Positions 50,098-63,232 of a stretch of 64,000 nt of DNA are shown here, piece after piece (positions within the stretch are counted from its first letter, which is position 1; each line of letters begins with the position of its first letter). The notes beneath the pieces were generated by a model. It was not told where the DNA came from. It was given only the letters and a program-made list of their open reading frames with translations, and ran no database searches. This DNA is from Squalus acanthias (Eukaryota). The stretch is from assembly GCA_030390025.1 (NCBI GenBank), contig CM059432.1:144710001-144774000 (forward strand). The letters are read 5' to 3'. A program made the translations under genes and the position numbers.

Positions 50098-51853
50098 ATG
50101 GAATTCCCAAAAGCTGGTCCAAGCAAAAGGAAGAGAGTGGTGTTAACTTTAAAACAGAAAATCGAGATATGCCAACGACTAGAAAGGGGAGAGAAGCGTA
50201 TCAACATTATGAATGAATTCAAAATTGGTTCGTCAACAATCTACGACATCAAATCGCAGAAGGATAAGCTGCTCAAGTTTTATTCAAGCTCGGAGACATC
50301 TAAGAGTGTAGAGAAACGGCGTACGCTTCGTAAGCCTAAGCTTGAAGAGCTGGATACCGTGCTTTGAGTGGTTTTCTCTTAAGCGTTCAGAGGATGTTCA
50401 ACTTTCCGGACCCATGCTAATCGAGAAAGCAAAGGATTTCTACGAAAGGATGGGGCTCACTGACAAGTGTGCTTTCTCCGAGGGATGGCTAACGTGCTTC
50501 AAGTTACGGCACGGGATACGACGACTCGATATTTCCGGGGAGAAGAAATCAGCTGATCACGACGCCGCAGAAGAATACTGCGATTATTTCAATCAGATTG
50601 TGCAGCAACATGATTTGTCGCCAGCACAGATATATAATGCCGATGAAACTGGCTTGTTTTGGAGGTTTTTGCCAGAATCAACGCTTGCTGGGGCTAGTGA
50701 GGCTAATCCTTCAGGTTACAAGAAAAATAAAGATCGTGTAACCGTGCTAACATGTGCGAACGCTGCTGGATCACACCGGGTTAAACTTCTTGTTATTGGG
50801 AAGTATAAAAATCCCCGTGCATTTAAAAATGTGAGGCACTTACCTGTTGAGTACAAAGATCAAAAAAATGCTTGGATGGTTAAGGAAGTCTTCTCCTATT
50901 GGTTCCATCATATTTTTGTTCCATCTGTGAGGGAACATTTCCGTAAAATAGGGAAACCTGAAGATAGCAAATGCATTTTATTGCTTGATAATTGTAGAGC
51001 CCATCCGCATAAATCCGAGTTGGTTTCAGGAAATATTTTCACCATTCATTTGCCACCAAATGTAACTTCTCTCATACAACCCATGGACCAGAGTGTTATC
51101 CAAAATCTGAAGTGTCATTACAAGAAAGACTTCCTACGTAAACTGATAAACCAAGATGACAATATTCACGCATTTCAGAAGGAATACAGTATTAAAGATG
51201 CCATCTATAATGTTGCATGTTCCTGGAACTTGGTGAAAGGTCACACTCTGAGGCAAGCCTGGCGCAAATTGTGGCCTTCTGTAATGTTTGCTGAAGGTTC
51301 TTCTTCAGAGGAGGAATTTCATGGGTTCAATGTTTGTCCCAAGAAGAGTACACTAATGGAATTGGCTGGCATGGTGAAAAATGTAGGCCCAGCAAACCCT
51401 CTACGTCACCTCAGTGAAAGTGATATCGAGCAGTGGGTTGATGCAGATAGAGAAGTTGGTGTTGTGCATATGCTAAGTGATGATGAAATAATTGAGAGTG
51501 TTTTGAATCCAAAGAAAGAAAATGAAAGTGAGATGGAAAGTGAAGAGGATGAGATTTCTGAAGAGAACAAGTTTTCTTGGGCTAAAGCTGCAGAAGGATT
51601 TTCTTCAATCCTCCAATTTGCTGAAAGGCAGCCTTGCTACTCTGCCCAAGAAGTTATGCAACTCCATATTCTGCATTCCACGTTTCTACAGAAAAGGCAA
51701 GAGTCCACTAAGCAAACCGACATCCGCAACATGTTTAAGAAAGCTTCCAAAAGAGTCGAAGCAGCGGAAGTGCCTGTGGAATCTGTGGAAATGCATGATC
51801 CTGATGACCCAGCTGGCATGGATATTCCTGATGAACCAGTTGACTTGGAATAA
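50098..51853 (+). pseudogene. Tigger transposase (HTH-psq, CENP-B HTH, DDE_1 domain; Jerky/TIGD-like), one frameshift near 50364
   Basis: [24 protein letters not shown]...KLEELDTVL / FEWF...SGPMLIEKA...FSEGWL..FKLRHGI...YNADETG...LLLDNC...QPMDQ. The three catalytic aspartate motifs are intact. Confidence 0.9.
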
Positions 51854-52150
51854 GTGTACAGTCAACTACAGTACTGTATACAGTCGTGTATAAGTTTTGT
51901 TTTACTGTTAAGTAATTAAAGAGTTATGGATTACCATCAACTGGCAGTACTGTACTTAATCTTCCACCATCCATTTAACACAACATTCTGTAGGTGAGTA
52001 CCCAATTACTGTATACTGCACATTTCTTGATTTTTTTATTTTTGTTTGTTAAAAATAGCCTCGGTAGATAACCCTCTCCATCATCCGGAATTTTTATTCA
52101 ACCGGCACCACCCCGGTCCCGTCGGTGCCGGATATCAAAGTGTTTCCTGT

Positions 52151-52425
52151 ATTATAATCGCTCAACCTTTGGTGGCAGTGCCTGCTGTTGCCTGGGCCCG
52201 AAGCGCTGGAATTCCCTCCCTAAACCTCTCTCCCTCGCTACCTCTCTTTCCTCCTTTAAGACGTTCCTTAAAACCTACCTCTTTGATCAAGCTTTTGGTC
52301 ACCTGCCCTAATTTATCCTTATGTGGATCGGTGTCAAATTTGCTGTCTTAAAATACTCCTGTGCAGCGCCTTGGGACGTTTTGCTACGTTAAAGGCGCTA
52401 TATAAATACACGTCGTTGTTGTTGT
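52151..52425 (+). mobile_element. L2 3' end
   Basis: Colinear with 47228-47492. Confidence 0.8.
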
Positions 52426-55400
52426 AATGATACTCCAAAAGTAATAGCTATAGCAACAATAGAAACAGCAGCAAGTACAGCAACACCTGTAATATTTGTA
52501 ACAAGATGAACAACATTAATAGGGACATTATCAATAGCAACAATAGTAATATCAGCAACAGGAAGAATAGCAATAGCGCCAGTAGATTGTATTTATTTGG
52601 CACCCCTTAAGTGGAAGAATGTTCACCCCTGAGCAACCCATTCCACTGCCCAACATTCAGTCAGCGATTAAGATTGTAATCTTTCACCTACAGGGCACTG
52701 CCCCATATGTTACCTCTCACCCTTCGCTACCGAAACCTTCGCTGTCTCAAAGACCATTTCCTGAATGCTCTCCTCACATGCCCATCCTCCTCTACCAACA
52801 GAAACATCAGTCAATTCAAAACGCTGTGGCTTGTATCATCTCTTGCGCAAAGTTCCGACACTCATCACCCAACGTTCTATTGCTTTCGGTTCGTCAATGT
52901 ATTCATTTCAAAGTCCTTGCTCCTGTTTTAAAATCCCGTCACAGCCTAGCTCCACGTGAAGTCCACACCCTCCACTAGAACTGTGCACATTTGGACTTGA
53001 CTAGCATTTTGTCTGTGCAGCCCAAAAGACTGTTTAGCCAAATAGAACTATGCACAAGCATTCATTATGCATCTTACCACTGGTTGACATTATAACCGCT
53101 AATGTGAAAGGAATAGAATAAATTTTGCACCACTGGGTCTGTTCAACTATGGCATACAGGCTATCTGAACCCCTAATTACAGATGGATCCCGCTGGTTGA
53201 TTCATGAGCCGCCTAATCACGGTGGGAGGGAGGGGCACAGTGAGCTGTCCATCAGCTCCCATTCATCACTTTTCAAACTCTTTTGGATCAGGCAGTCATA
53301 GACAGAAACAAATTAAAATAAAATAATTTGGATTAAGGGATAAAAGTTGCCATTTTTATATTTTATTCAACAAAAAGTCAATCAGCAAAAGGTAAGAATA
53401 CATATTCCAACACGTTAATGCAATTGCATTGAAGCCTTGGCTTTGAGAGATTATACTGACATATCTCATGTGTTGACATTTTTTACTGGACAATCTTGGA
53501 ACAATGGACAATAAGACAAACAAAATGGTGAGTACGTTTGCATTTAAAGTCACACAACTATAATGAGGAATGTAGGACTGGTTGTGTTACACTTTTAATA
53601 TCTAACTCCTATAAAAAGCAAGTAGAATTCATAAAATCGCTTCCACACATGGAAAGATTACAGCATTTCCATGGTACCCTGCAATTATTCTGTAAAATCC
53701 AGTGTGTCACATTCTCCCACTTTATGAGTAGCTATTCATTAAATACCCTAGTAGTTATAAAACGAATCACTATATTTAGAGGTTTAAAATACGCATGAAG
53801 AAGAAACGTGTACAACAGATTTTATAGTAACTGAATGAGGTAGTAATGGACTATATTACTGCACAATAAATACTGGAGATTGTTATATCTTTTACCGAGA
53901 ATACAATTAACTTGGAAGAATGTAGAAAGTTAAACCTTGTAAAGCCATTCCTTCCTCTCCGGGTGATTTCAATCAATCATTCACACTGAATAAAGATTCT
54001 TGGGGATTTGCAGTTCATGTCACTCAACCAATAATTGAGATGGTTTTCCTCACTCAATAATGAGAATCAGGTAGCACTCCTGAATTATTTAGATTAAAGA
54101 CATATCTAAAGACAGCTTCTGATTAGCGGAGTGCCAGACATTGAAGTGCGAGAGTATGGATGGATTTAGGATTTACAGAGATTAAAGCTTTCCAATTTGG
54201 GCCGTTTTATTCTGAAAAGGAGTCACCACATATGAATACATCCAGTTTAAATTTCCCCCTTCAAGTCTTGCTGAGATCACCTGCAAGATCTACAACCAAT
54301 GCAGTTTTTCCATAGAGTCCCACAATCTGGTGCATGTCAGACATCAAACAGAATTTGATTTTTTAAATGAATATATGTCCAACCCAATAGTAACTGAGAT
54401 AGTGTAGAAGAACCAATGCCGGAATGTTCAGGGGCCCAGGCCTCTCACACAGCAGCCGATTTATGTCAAGTACTCTGCCTGTAATTTTCCACCCACTGAT
54501 ATTACTAAGCTGCCTCCTGTGTGACGCCCCGCCAGTGAAATGGAGCCTCACACAATTCTGCCATAGTCTCCGATTTTTCTGGCCTCTTCCAGGAGTTAGG
54601 AGAGACAGGAATGTTGGGTATATGGGGGTGAAGGATAGGGATGAGCACGTATGGGCCTGATGGCCTTTTCTCGATAAACACAAAGGGAACATTTTAGCAC
54701 TTGAGCTTTAGAATGAGCCATGGATGGATAAAAAGAGACAATTCAGCTCTAGGTTGGGACAGAAATTAGCCACGGTTCCCCCGCTTGTTATCCACTGAGC
54801 CTTGCTAGAAAGTTACATGTGTGGATGGCCAATTGTGTGAGGTACCAGAGGGCTTCAGGTGCCTGTAGAACTAAAACCCTGCACAAATCACTACCAGGCA
54901 AGCACGAAAGAAAATAACATTAAAAAGTTGCCTAAAGAATTACTATTATAATCTGCAACACTTAATGCTTTAATGACTTGCTAGTGTTTACATTTCAGAC
55001 AGTGTAGAGAATTCTATCCTTCCAAATCTGTGGTAACACATTCCCAACAAAAACAGTGACATGATCGATTACTTTGTGTTCTGAATTTATTTCCATCCTC
55101 TTTATAACATTCACCATTATAATTTCACATGTTACTTGTGCAAATATCATTTATAAACTATTGAGAGTTCTAAATAAAAATATAATTCTATTGATTTAAA
55201 TCTTAAAGGCTTTACATGAAAATGTATGTAGCAACGGATCAGTAGATGATGACCCTTCATTTGAAGTCTCTAGATTAAGTTAAACCAATCTGAAGTTAAG
55301 TCTGACTGAAACAAGCACCTGTCAACTTTATTTATTTTTTGACTTTACTGGACTGAAAACAAAATGTGCCTACTTTCTAAATATGTTAAACATACATTTT

Positions 55401-56479
55401 CAAACTTAGGCCCCAACAGATAGAGTGGCCCTGGCTGGACAACTAGCAGGGAGATGACCAGTGTTCTGTGCTGCTGGCTTGACATTTCTATTTGGTTAGA
55501 CTTCAGGAGTACCCTGCACACATCATTGGGTCCCTAAACCTTGGATCCTTTAACACTCGCCTAAGCTCTCTGGATTTAGGTAAGCGAGGTGCATCGCTAC
55601 AGGGAGAGAATGTGCATTCTTACAGGCCAAACATCAAGTGACCGCGTGTGGATTGGCAAGTTGCTTGGGTTGGTGGTGAGTTTCACATGTCAGCTAACCA
55701 AATCAAATAATCACATCCACGCTGCATAATGTGCACAAATACATTTGAAATATCCTAAAATTTAAAAATGAAATCTGCATTTTTCCAAGTTTAAAATACC
55801 TTTAAAAAATATCTATATATTCTATATAAATGATCAGTTTGGAAACTTTAAATAAGAGCAATTTTGAATCATTGATTGGATCTGAAGATTTAAAGTGGAA
55901 AGCCCCCTTTATAGATGGTAAAATGTTTTTACTCAATAGAATATTAATTAAAAAGATTGTGAAAGCCATGCTTTAGGGAAGAAATGTTGCATCTAACAAT
56001 ACAATAGGATAAGTGGCAGGATTCCAGCTCCAATCATCTAGAACTGTCGGATAATAACCGTTTCAAGGAGTTACATGCTAATTAACCATTAACATTTCTT
56101 AACAGTCTGTAGCTAGGCTGCATTATAAGAAACAACTGAAGTTACCACTGGATAAACATTGTTTAGATTCCAGCAATTAGGAAGAACAATGGACCTTGTT
56201 TAATGTCCTAATGCTATTTGCTATGGAAATACCAATGTCGGCATGTTACTTATCACATACCAACTCTTTAATCACCCCTAATGAATAAGCCACTGGGTAT
56301 TTTGCCTATTTGGCAATCTTTCAAGCTGTATTTTTTTGTAAAATTAGTCTTTTTTAATTCTTTACCACTGCAAATAAACCACACAACTCTTATCTTCTTA
56401 TGCTTGATCTAACACACGTCATCTCTGCAAATAGCAACAAGCACAGCTTCCAAAATACTGAGAATGTCACACCACATAC

Positions 56480-56800
56480 CGATGTTTTGGAGTTCCAAAT
56501 GACATTTCGATGAGGTAAACATGAAAAAACTATTTCCACCAGTCAGTGAGTTGGTAACTAAAGTGCATCAATCAGAAGAACGAAAAGGAAAAGTTGTGAA
56601 TTGTTAGGGTACGGAATGGGCAAACAGGAACAGTGGTGGAAGCAGAATCCATAATAGCTTATAAAAGGGGAATGGATAAATATGTAAATAGAGAAAATGT
56701 AATCGGGAGAAAGTGCAGGGGAATGGAGTTAAGTGGATAGCACTTTCAGATCCACAATGGGCCGAATGATCTCCTGTGCTACAAGATGCTAGGACTCTAA
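56480..56800 (+). mobile_element. Degenerate CR1 3' end
   Basis: gggagaaagtgcaggggaatgg...atgggccgaatgatctcctgtgct. Confidence 0.5.
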
Positions 56801-57162
56801 AATAAAGATCAATGGGTATCTAGGAGTGATAAAACCGTAACCCAACGGAGGATTTCAGAATAATGCTATAAAGCTCGAGAAAGAAGCTTGAGCTACTTAT
56901 AACTATCATATGATCCCAAAGGTGGGATTTCTGTCTTAAAGTTTCTTCAGGATACATTTTACTTTGGTCATACATACTGTGGAATTTATTGAGTGGTTTT
57001 ATTCTGTTTTAGGATAGATTTGTTTTTGCCAGAAGCACCGGTCAAGCCAGACAATAAGGGACAGTATCGCCTGCATCGTCCATGCACGAGGAGTCACAAA
57101 CAAAATCACTGCAAATTAATCAAGGCACAATCATCAGTCAATCATCTCAGAGTAATGCACTC

Positions 57163-57752
57163 AACAACAACAACTTGCATTTATATAGCACCTTTAACAT
57201 AGTAAACGTCCCAAGGCACTTCACAGAAGCGATTATCAGACAAAATTTGACACCAAGCCACATAAGGAGATATTAGGGCAGGTGACCACAAATTTAATCA
57301 AAGAGGGAGGTTTTAAGGAGCGTCTTAAAGAGGGAGAGAGCTCTAGAGATGCAGAGGTGTTTAGGGAGGGAATTCCAGAGCTTAGGGCCTCAGCAGCTGA
57401 AGGTACGGCCACCAATGGTGGAGCGATTAAAATCGGGGTTGCTCAAGAGGCCAGCATTGGAGGAGCACAGAGATCTTGGAGGGTTGTAAGGCTGGAGGAG
57501 GTTACAGAGACAGGGAGGGGTGAGGCCATGGAGGGATTTGAAAACAAGGATGAGATTTTTAAACGAGGTGTTGCCGGACCGGGAGCAAATGTAGGTCAGT
57601 GAGCACAGGGGCGATGGGTGAACGGGACTTGGTGCGAGTTAAGATACAGGTAACAGAGTTTTGGATGAGCTCAAGTTTATGGAGGGTGGAAAATGGCCGG
57701 CCGGACAGAAGACCATTGGAATAGTCGTGTCCAGAGGTAACAAAGGCATGGA
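57163..57752 (-). mobile_element. L2 3' end
   Basis: IHAFVTSGHDYSNGLL...KLELIQNS...TDLHLLPV, with an (AAC)n end on the + strand. Confidence 0.85.
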
Positions 57753-59298
57753 TACTACTCAGCAATAGTCTGGTTAAGCAGGCAGCCCACTAAAGCTGTA
57801 ATAAAAGTTCACTGGACTCAATAATGAATACAGATTCCCATCAGTACCTGTCCCAGTTATAGGGTGGGAGGGGGCTCGTGTGGAGCATAAACACCAGCAT
57901 AGCCCAGTTGGGCCAAATGGCCTGTTTCTGTAAATTCTATGCAATTCCCCACTATTCCTAAAGCATTGACCTCTTACTGTAGTCCAGGCCCATAGGTACC
58001 AGTCGCTCTTTGGTACCTCACCCAATTGACCAATATTCATGTGTGAGCCTTGATGGAGGGCATCAGCAGGCTATTCAACCATGATATTGCAGCTAAACCT
58101 GATCATATTTTCACACAACATCCACATATGCACACAGAAGCCGAACCAATTTGCCCCTCCCTAAGCCAGGGTATTAAGGCCACCTATAGTATCGCAGCTG
58201 ACGCGGAGATTTTCTAACTCAGCACATAGACAAGAAGCAAGAGACAAAAGCTAACCTCGGGAGGATGCTCTCCGTTAGGTACACGGGTGGTTTGTTTTGT
58301 GTGTGGGATTGATCCCCACTTCTATTGCTGAACGGCGAGGTGCATCCATAGTTCAACAACAAGGCAGCCTCCTGCTCTCTCCCCATATACTATGATATGG
58401 TAACTCTGTTTATCCAGATCAGGAGGAGGAAAAGTTTAGGGCATCCTGCTCAGATTCAAACCCGGAACCTTCCGGTCGTGAGTCCAGTACTTAAAACAGC
58501 TGAGTGCAGAGGAAGAATTGAACCTCAGCCACTCACTGGATAAACTTACTGAGCCATCGGGAAAAATCATCAACTGCATTTTTAACAACACAACTGCATA
58601 TGCTGCCTGCTTACATCACTGCTGAATGGGGAAAGGTACAACTCCATGCATGTGTAATCATGGAAAACTGATTATTAGTCCATGGCTGGTTGTAAAGAAC
58701 TGACAGGTTAGAAACTTAAAACTTTTAAAAGCAACATTTATAAAGCAGCCTAGTACACTAACATGAACACACTTCCAATGTGATGTCCCTACCAATGGCA
58801 GTCTTTGCATTTTTGTGAAATTGCCATATGGTGTTAGCGCATCACACACACAGGCTCTATAGAGGACAAGTTTCCTCTACAAGTCAGAACAGGGTGAGTC
58901 AACTCTTTCTCCATGCTTGCCTTTTAAAAGCCCAACCAGGAATTCCATGCAAAGGCTGGACCAATGTGTCCTTTGAGAGAAATGAGAAGTCGCACAACAC
59001 CAGGTTATAGTCCAACAGATTTATTTAAAATTACAAGCTTTCGGAACCATCCTGCCCCTTCAGGTAAAGTTACTGTGAGAGAATCTACAAGAATTCACAG
59101 AATATAAACACAGAGAAAATGCAGAGATACAATCTTTCCCTACATCAAAGACACACTAAGAGCACAGCCAAGACAATGAGATGTGTCCCAGGGGGTCCAA
59201 CGTGTCAAAACACCTGCTGTCTGCATATCCTCTCCATTTGGGTTTGTTTTTTGTGTTTGTTTTTTTTAAAAACTGGAAAGACAGGCAACGATGTCAAG

Positions 59299-61940
59299 TC
59301 ACGTTCTGTAGCGTGACATGAACCCGATATCCCGATTGAGGCCGTCCTCATGAGTGTGGAACTTGGCTATCAGTTTCTGCTCGATGATTTTGCGTTGTCG
59401 TGTATCCCGAAGGCCGCCTTGGAGAACGCTAACCCGCAGATCCGAGGCTGAATGCCCTTGACTGCTGAAGTGTTCCCCGACTGGGAGGCAACCATCCTGC
59501 CTGGCGATTGTTGCGCGGTGTCCGTTCATACGTTGTCTCAGTGTCTGCATGGTCGCGCCGATGTACCATGCTCTGGGGCATCCTTTACTGCAACGTATCA
59601 GGTAGACAACGTTGGCCGAGTCACATGAGTATGTACCATGTACCTGGTGGGTAGTGTCCTCACGTGTGATGACGGTATCTGTGTTCATGATCTGGCATGT
59701 CTTGCAGAGGTTGCCGTGGCAGGGTTGTGTGGTGTCGTGGTCGCTGTTCTCCTGACAGCTGGGTAATTTGCTGCGAACGATGGTACTTTTGAGGTTAGGC
59801 GGCTGCTTGAAGGCGAGTAGTGGAGGCGTGGGGATGGCCTTAGCAAGGTGTTCGTCGTCATCGATGACATGTTGAAGGCTGCGAAGAACATGGCGTAGTT
59901 TCTCCGCTCCGGGGAAGTACTGGACGACGTAGGGTACTCTGTTGGTTGTGTCCCGTGTTCATCTTCTGAGGAGGTCTATGCGGTTTTTCGCTGTGGCCCG
60001 TCGGAACTGTCGATCGACGAGTCGAGCGTCATATCCCGTTCTTACGAGGGCGTCTTTCAGTGTCCGTAGGTGTCCATCGCGTTCCTCCTCGTCTGAGCAG
60101 ATCCTGTGTATTCTCAGGGCTTGTCCATAGGGGATGGCTTCTTTAACGTGGTTAGGGTGGAAGCTGGAGAAGTGGAGCATCGTGAGGTTGTCCGTGGGTT
60201 TGTGATAGAGTGAAGTGCTGAGGTGTCCGTCTTTGATGGAGATTCGTGTGTCCAAGAATGAAACCGATTCTGAGGAGTCGTCCATGGTGAGTTTGATGGT
60301 GGGATGGAACCTGTTGATGCTATCGTGTAGTCCTTTCAGTGATCCTTCGCCGTGGGTCCAAAGGAAGAAGATGTCGTCGATGTATCTGGTGTACAGCGTT
60401 GGTTGGAGGTCCTGTGCAGCGAAGAAGTCTTGCTCGAACTTGTGCATGAAGATGTTGGCGTATTGGGGTGCGAATTTGGTCCCCATGGCTGTTCCGTGTG
60501 TTTGGGTAAAAAAATGGTTGTCGAAGGTGAAGACATTGTGGTCAAAGATGAAGCGGATGAGTTGTAGGATGGCGTCTGGAGATTGGCTGTTGGTGTTGAG
60601 TACTGAGGCTGTCGCAGCGATGCCGTCATTGTGGGGGATATTGGTGTAGAGTGCCGATACGTCCATCGTGGCGAGGAGTGTTCCTGGTTCCACTGGTCCA
60701 TGGGTGCTGAGTTTCTGCAAGAAGTCTGTAGTGTCGCGACAGAAGCTGGGGGTTCCCTGTACGATGGGTTTCAGGATGCCCTCGACGTACCCAGAGAGGT
60801 TCTCACACAGGGTTCCGTTGCCTGATACGATAGGACGTCCGGGTGTGTTGGCTTTGTGTATCTTTGGGAGGCAGTAAAAGTCTCCTACGCGGGGAGTACG
60901 TGGGATGAGAGCGCGTAGGATGTTTTGAAGGTCTGGATCGAAGGTCTTGATCAGTCTATTGAGTTGGCGGGTGTGTTCTTTGGTCGGATCTGCGGGTAGC
61001 TGTCTGTAGTGTTCTTGGTTGTCCAGTTGTTGGTATGCTTCTTTGCAATAGTCCATTCTGTTCTGTATGACGATGGCTCCTCCTTTGTCCGCTGGTTTGA
61101 TGACGATGTTGCGGTTGGTCTTGAGAGCGTGGATGGCGTTGCGTTGTGCTCGGGTGACATTCTGGACTGTCTTGAGTGCGGCTGATGAATCTGGTGTTGA
61201 TGCATTTCCTGACAGCTTGAGCATACATGTCAAGCTTAGGGCAGCGACCCTCCGGAGGGGTCCAATTTGACTCTTTCTTCCTCGGTTGTAGCACTGCGGT
61301 TCCCTCTGTCTGCTGTTCTGGATCATTGATTGTCTCATTGGGTTTGTTGCTGACATCTTGGGATTTGTGGTAGTATTCCCGGATCCTCATTCTCCTGATG
61401 AATTCCTCTGTGTCTGCCGCGAGACCGATGGGGTCCATTTTGGTGGTGGGGCAGAACTTGAGCCCTAGGGCGAGAACTTCGATTTCGTCTGGTTGAAGGG
61501 TGTGGTCCGACAGGTTGACGATGGACCTGTGGTTGCAACCATGGTACCGGGGGAGGCTTGGTTGCAGCTGGTGCTGATGCCGAGTTTCTCAAGCTTCCTG
61601 TTCTTGATGTGCATGTAGGAAGCGTAGTTCCGTTGCCTCGTCTGTTTGGCGGTGTCTCGTAGCTGGTCTGCTGTGCCCTGAGCACAGGCTGAGAGCATGG
61701 ACTCTATCTTAGTTTCGAGGTTGCGACGTCTGCTGTAGAGCTGGTGTACGAGATGGTTGAGGAGTGTGCGAGAGGTACGACGGCAAAGTCTCTCAGCGTA
61801 GTCTGTGTTGTATGTCGACTTGAGTGGGTTCGTGATCTGTAGTCCTTTCGGAATCTTGTCTGCTTTCTTGCATCTCTGCAGATACTTGATGTCTGTGTCA
61901 ATATGCGCGATCTTCTTGGCGATTCTCTCCACTTTGAGCG
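59299..61940 (-). pseudogene. PLE polyprotein: N-terminal domain, RT, Cys-rich linker, GIY-YIG endonuclease (about 880 codons; 2 frameshifts, 1 stop, no start codon)
   Basis: IKPADKGG, FYCLPKIHK..PGRPIVS, TMDVSALYTNIP, GTAMGTKFAPQYAN, RYIDDIF, FLD, PCHGNLCKTC, NVVYLIRC..C...YIGAT..LRQRMNGH, GLNRD. Frameshifts near 61525 and 61170. TGA at 59959-59961. Confidence 0.92.
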
Positions 61941-62873
61941 GACGGACGCCTCAGCACTTCACTCTACCGCAAGCCCACGGACAACCTCACGATGCTCCAC
62001 TTCTCCAGCTTCCACCCTAACCACGTTAAAGAAGCCATCCCCTATGGACAAGCCCTGAGAATACACAGGATCTGCTCAGACGAGGAGGAACGCGATGGAC
62101 ACCTACGGACACTGAAAGACGCCCTCGTAAGAACGGGATATGACGCTCGACTCGTCGATCGACAGTTCCGACGGGCCACAGCGAAAAACCGCATAGACCT
62201 CCTCAGAAGACGAACACGGGACACAACCAACAGAGTACCCTACGTCGTCCAGTACTTCCCCGGAGCGGAGAAACTACGCCATGTTCTTCGCAGCCTTCAA
62301 CATGTCATCGATGACGACGAACACCTTGCTAAGGCCATCCCCACGCCTCCACTACTCGCCTTCAAGCAGCCGCCTAACCTCAAAAGTACCATCGTTCGCA
62401 GCAAATTACCCAGCTGTCAGGAGAACAGCGACCACGACACCACACAACCCTGCCACGGCAACCTCTGCAAGACATGCCAGATCATGAACACAGATACCGT
62501 CATCACACGTGAGGACACTACCCACCAGGTACATGGTACATACTCATGTGACTCGGCCAACGTTGTCTACCTGATACGTTGCAGTAAAGGATGCCCCAGA
62601 GCATGGTACATCGGCGCGACCATGCAGACACTGAGACAACGTATGAACGGACACCGCGCAACAATCGCCAGGCAGGATGGTTGCCTCCCAGTCGGGGAAC
62701 ACTTCAGCAGTCAAGGGCATTCAGCCTCGGATCTGCGGGTTAGCGTTCTCCAAGGCGGCCTTCGGGATACACGACAACGCAAAATCATCGAGCAGAAACT
62801 GATAGCCAAGTTCCACACTCAGGAGGACGGCCTCAATCGGGATATCGGGTTCATGTCACGCTACAGAACGTGA
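61941..62873 (+). pseudogene. Inverted partial copy of the PLE ORF (RT thumb, linker, GIY-YIG), open frame
   Basis: ORF 61992-62873 duplicates the C-terminal third of the minus-strand ORF and lacks its stop codon. Confidence 0.9.
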
Positions 62874-63229
62874 CTTGACATCGTTGCCTGTCTTTCCAGT
62901 TTTTAAAAAAAACAAACACAAAAAACAAACCCAAATGGAGAGGATATGCAGACAGCAGGTGTTTTGACACGTTGGACCCCCTGGGACACATCTCATTGTC
63001 TTGGCTGTGCTCTTAGTGTGTCTTTGATGTAGGGAAAGATTGTATCTCTGCATTTTCTCTGTGTTTATATTCTGTGAATTCTTGTAGATTCTCTCACAGT
63101 AACTTTACCTGAAGGGGCAGGATGGTTCCGAAAGCTTGTAATTTTAAATAAATCTGTTGGACTATAACCTGGTGTTGTGCGACTTCTCATTTTTGTCCAC
63201 CCCAATCCAACGCCGGCATCTCCGCATCC

Positions 63230-63232
<3 letters not shown>

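Larger units (their letters stand above)
49646..52149 (+). mobile_element. Tigger/pogo-family DNA transposon, full length (2.5 kb), TA TSD
   Basis: TA|CAGGAAACTCTTGTTTAAACGGCACC ... GGTGCCGGATATCAAAGTGTTTCCTG|TA form imperfect 26-bp TIRs around a transposase ORF. Confidence 0.92.
58981..63226. mobile_element. Penelope-like element family A (Neptune/Naiad-type) with 1.25-kb inverted arms, 12-bp TSD
   Basis: Arms at 58981-60231 and 61941-63191. The tail 63192-63226 is on the right arm only. TSD tcctttgagaga at 58969-58980 and 63227-63238. Confidence 0.93.

Noticed and set aside
50098..51853. Domesticated JRKL/TIGD host gene
   Set aside because: Intact TIRs, TA TSDs and a frameshift indicate a transposon copy.
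58440..58505. tRNA-like sequence on the minus strand
   Set aside because: Only degenerate A/B boxes and no complete cloverleaf. Probably a SINE head.
59959..59961. In-frame TGA in the PLE ORF as possible selenocysteine, as reported for some Naiad PLEs
   Set aside because: The duplicated arm has CGA (Arg) at this position and it is not a Cys site. CpG deamination explains it.
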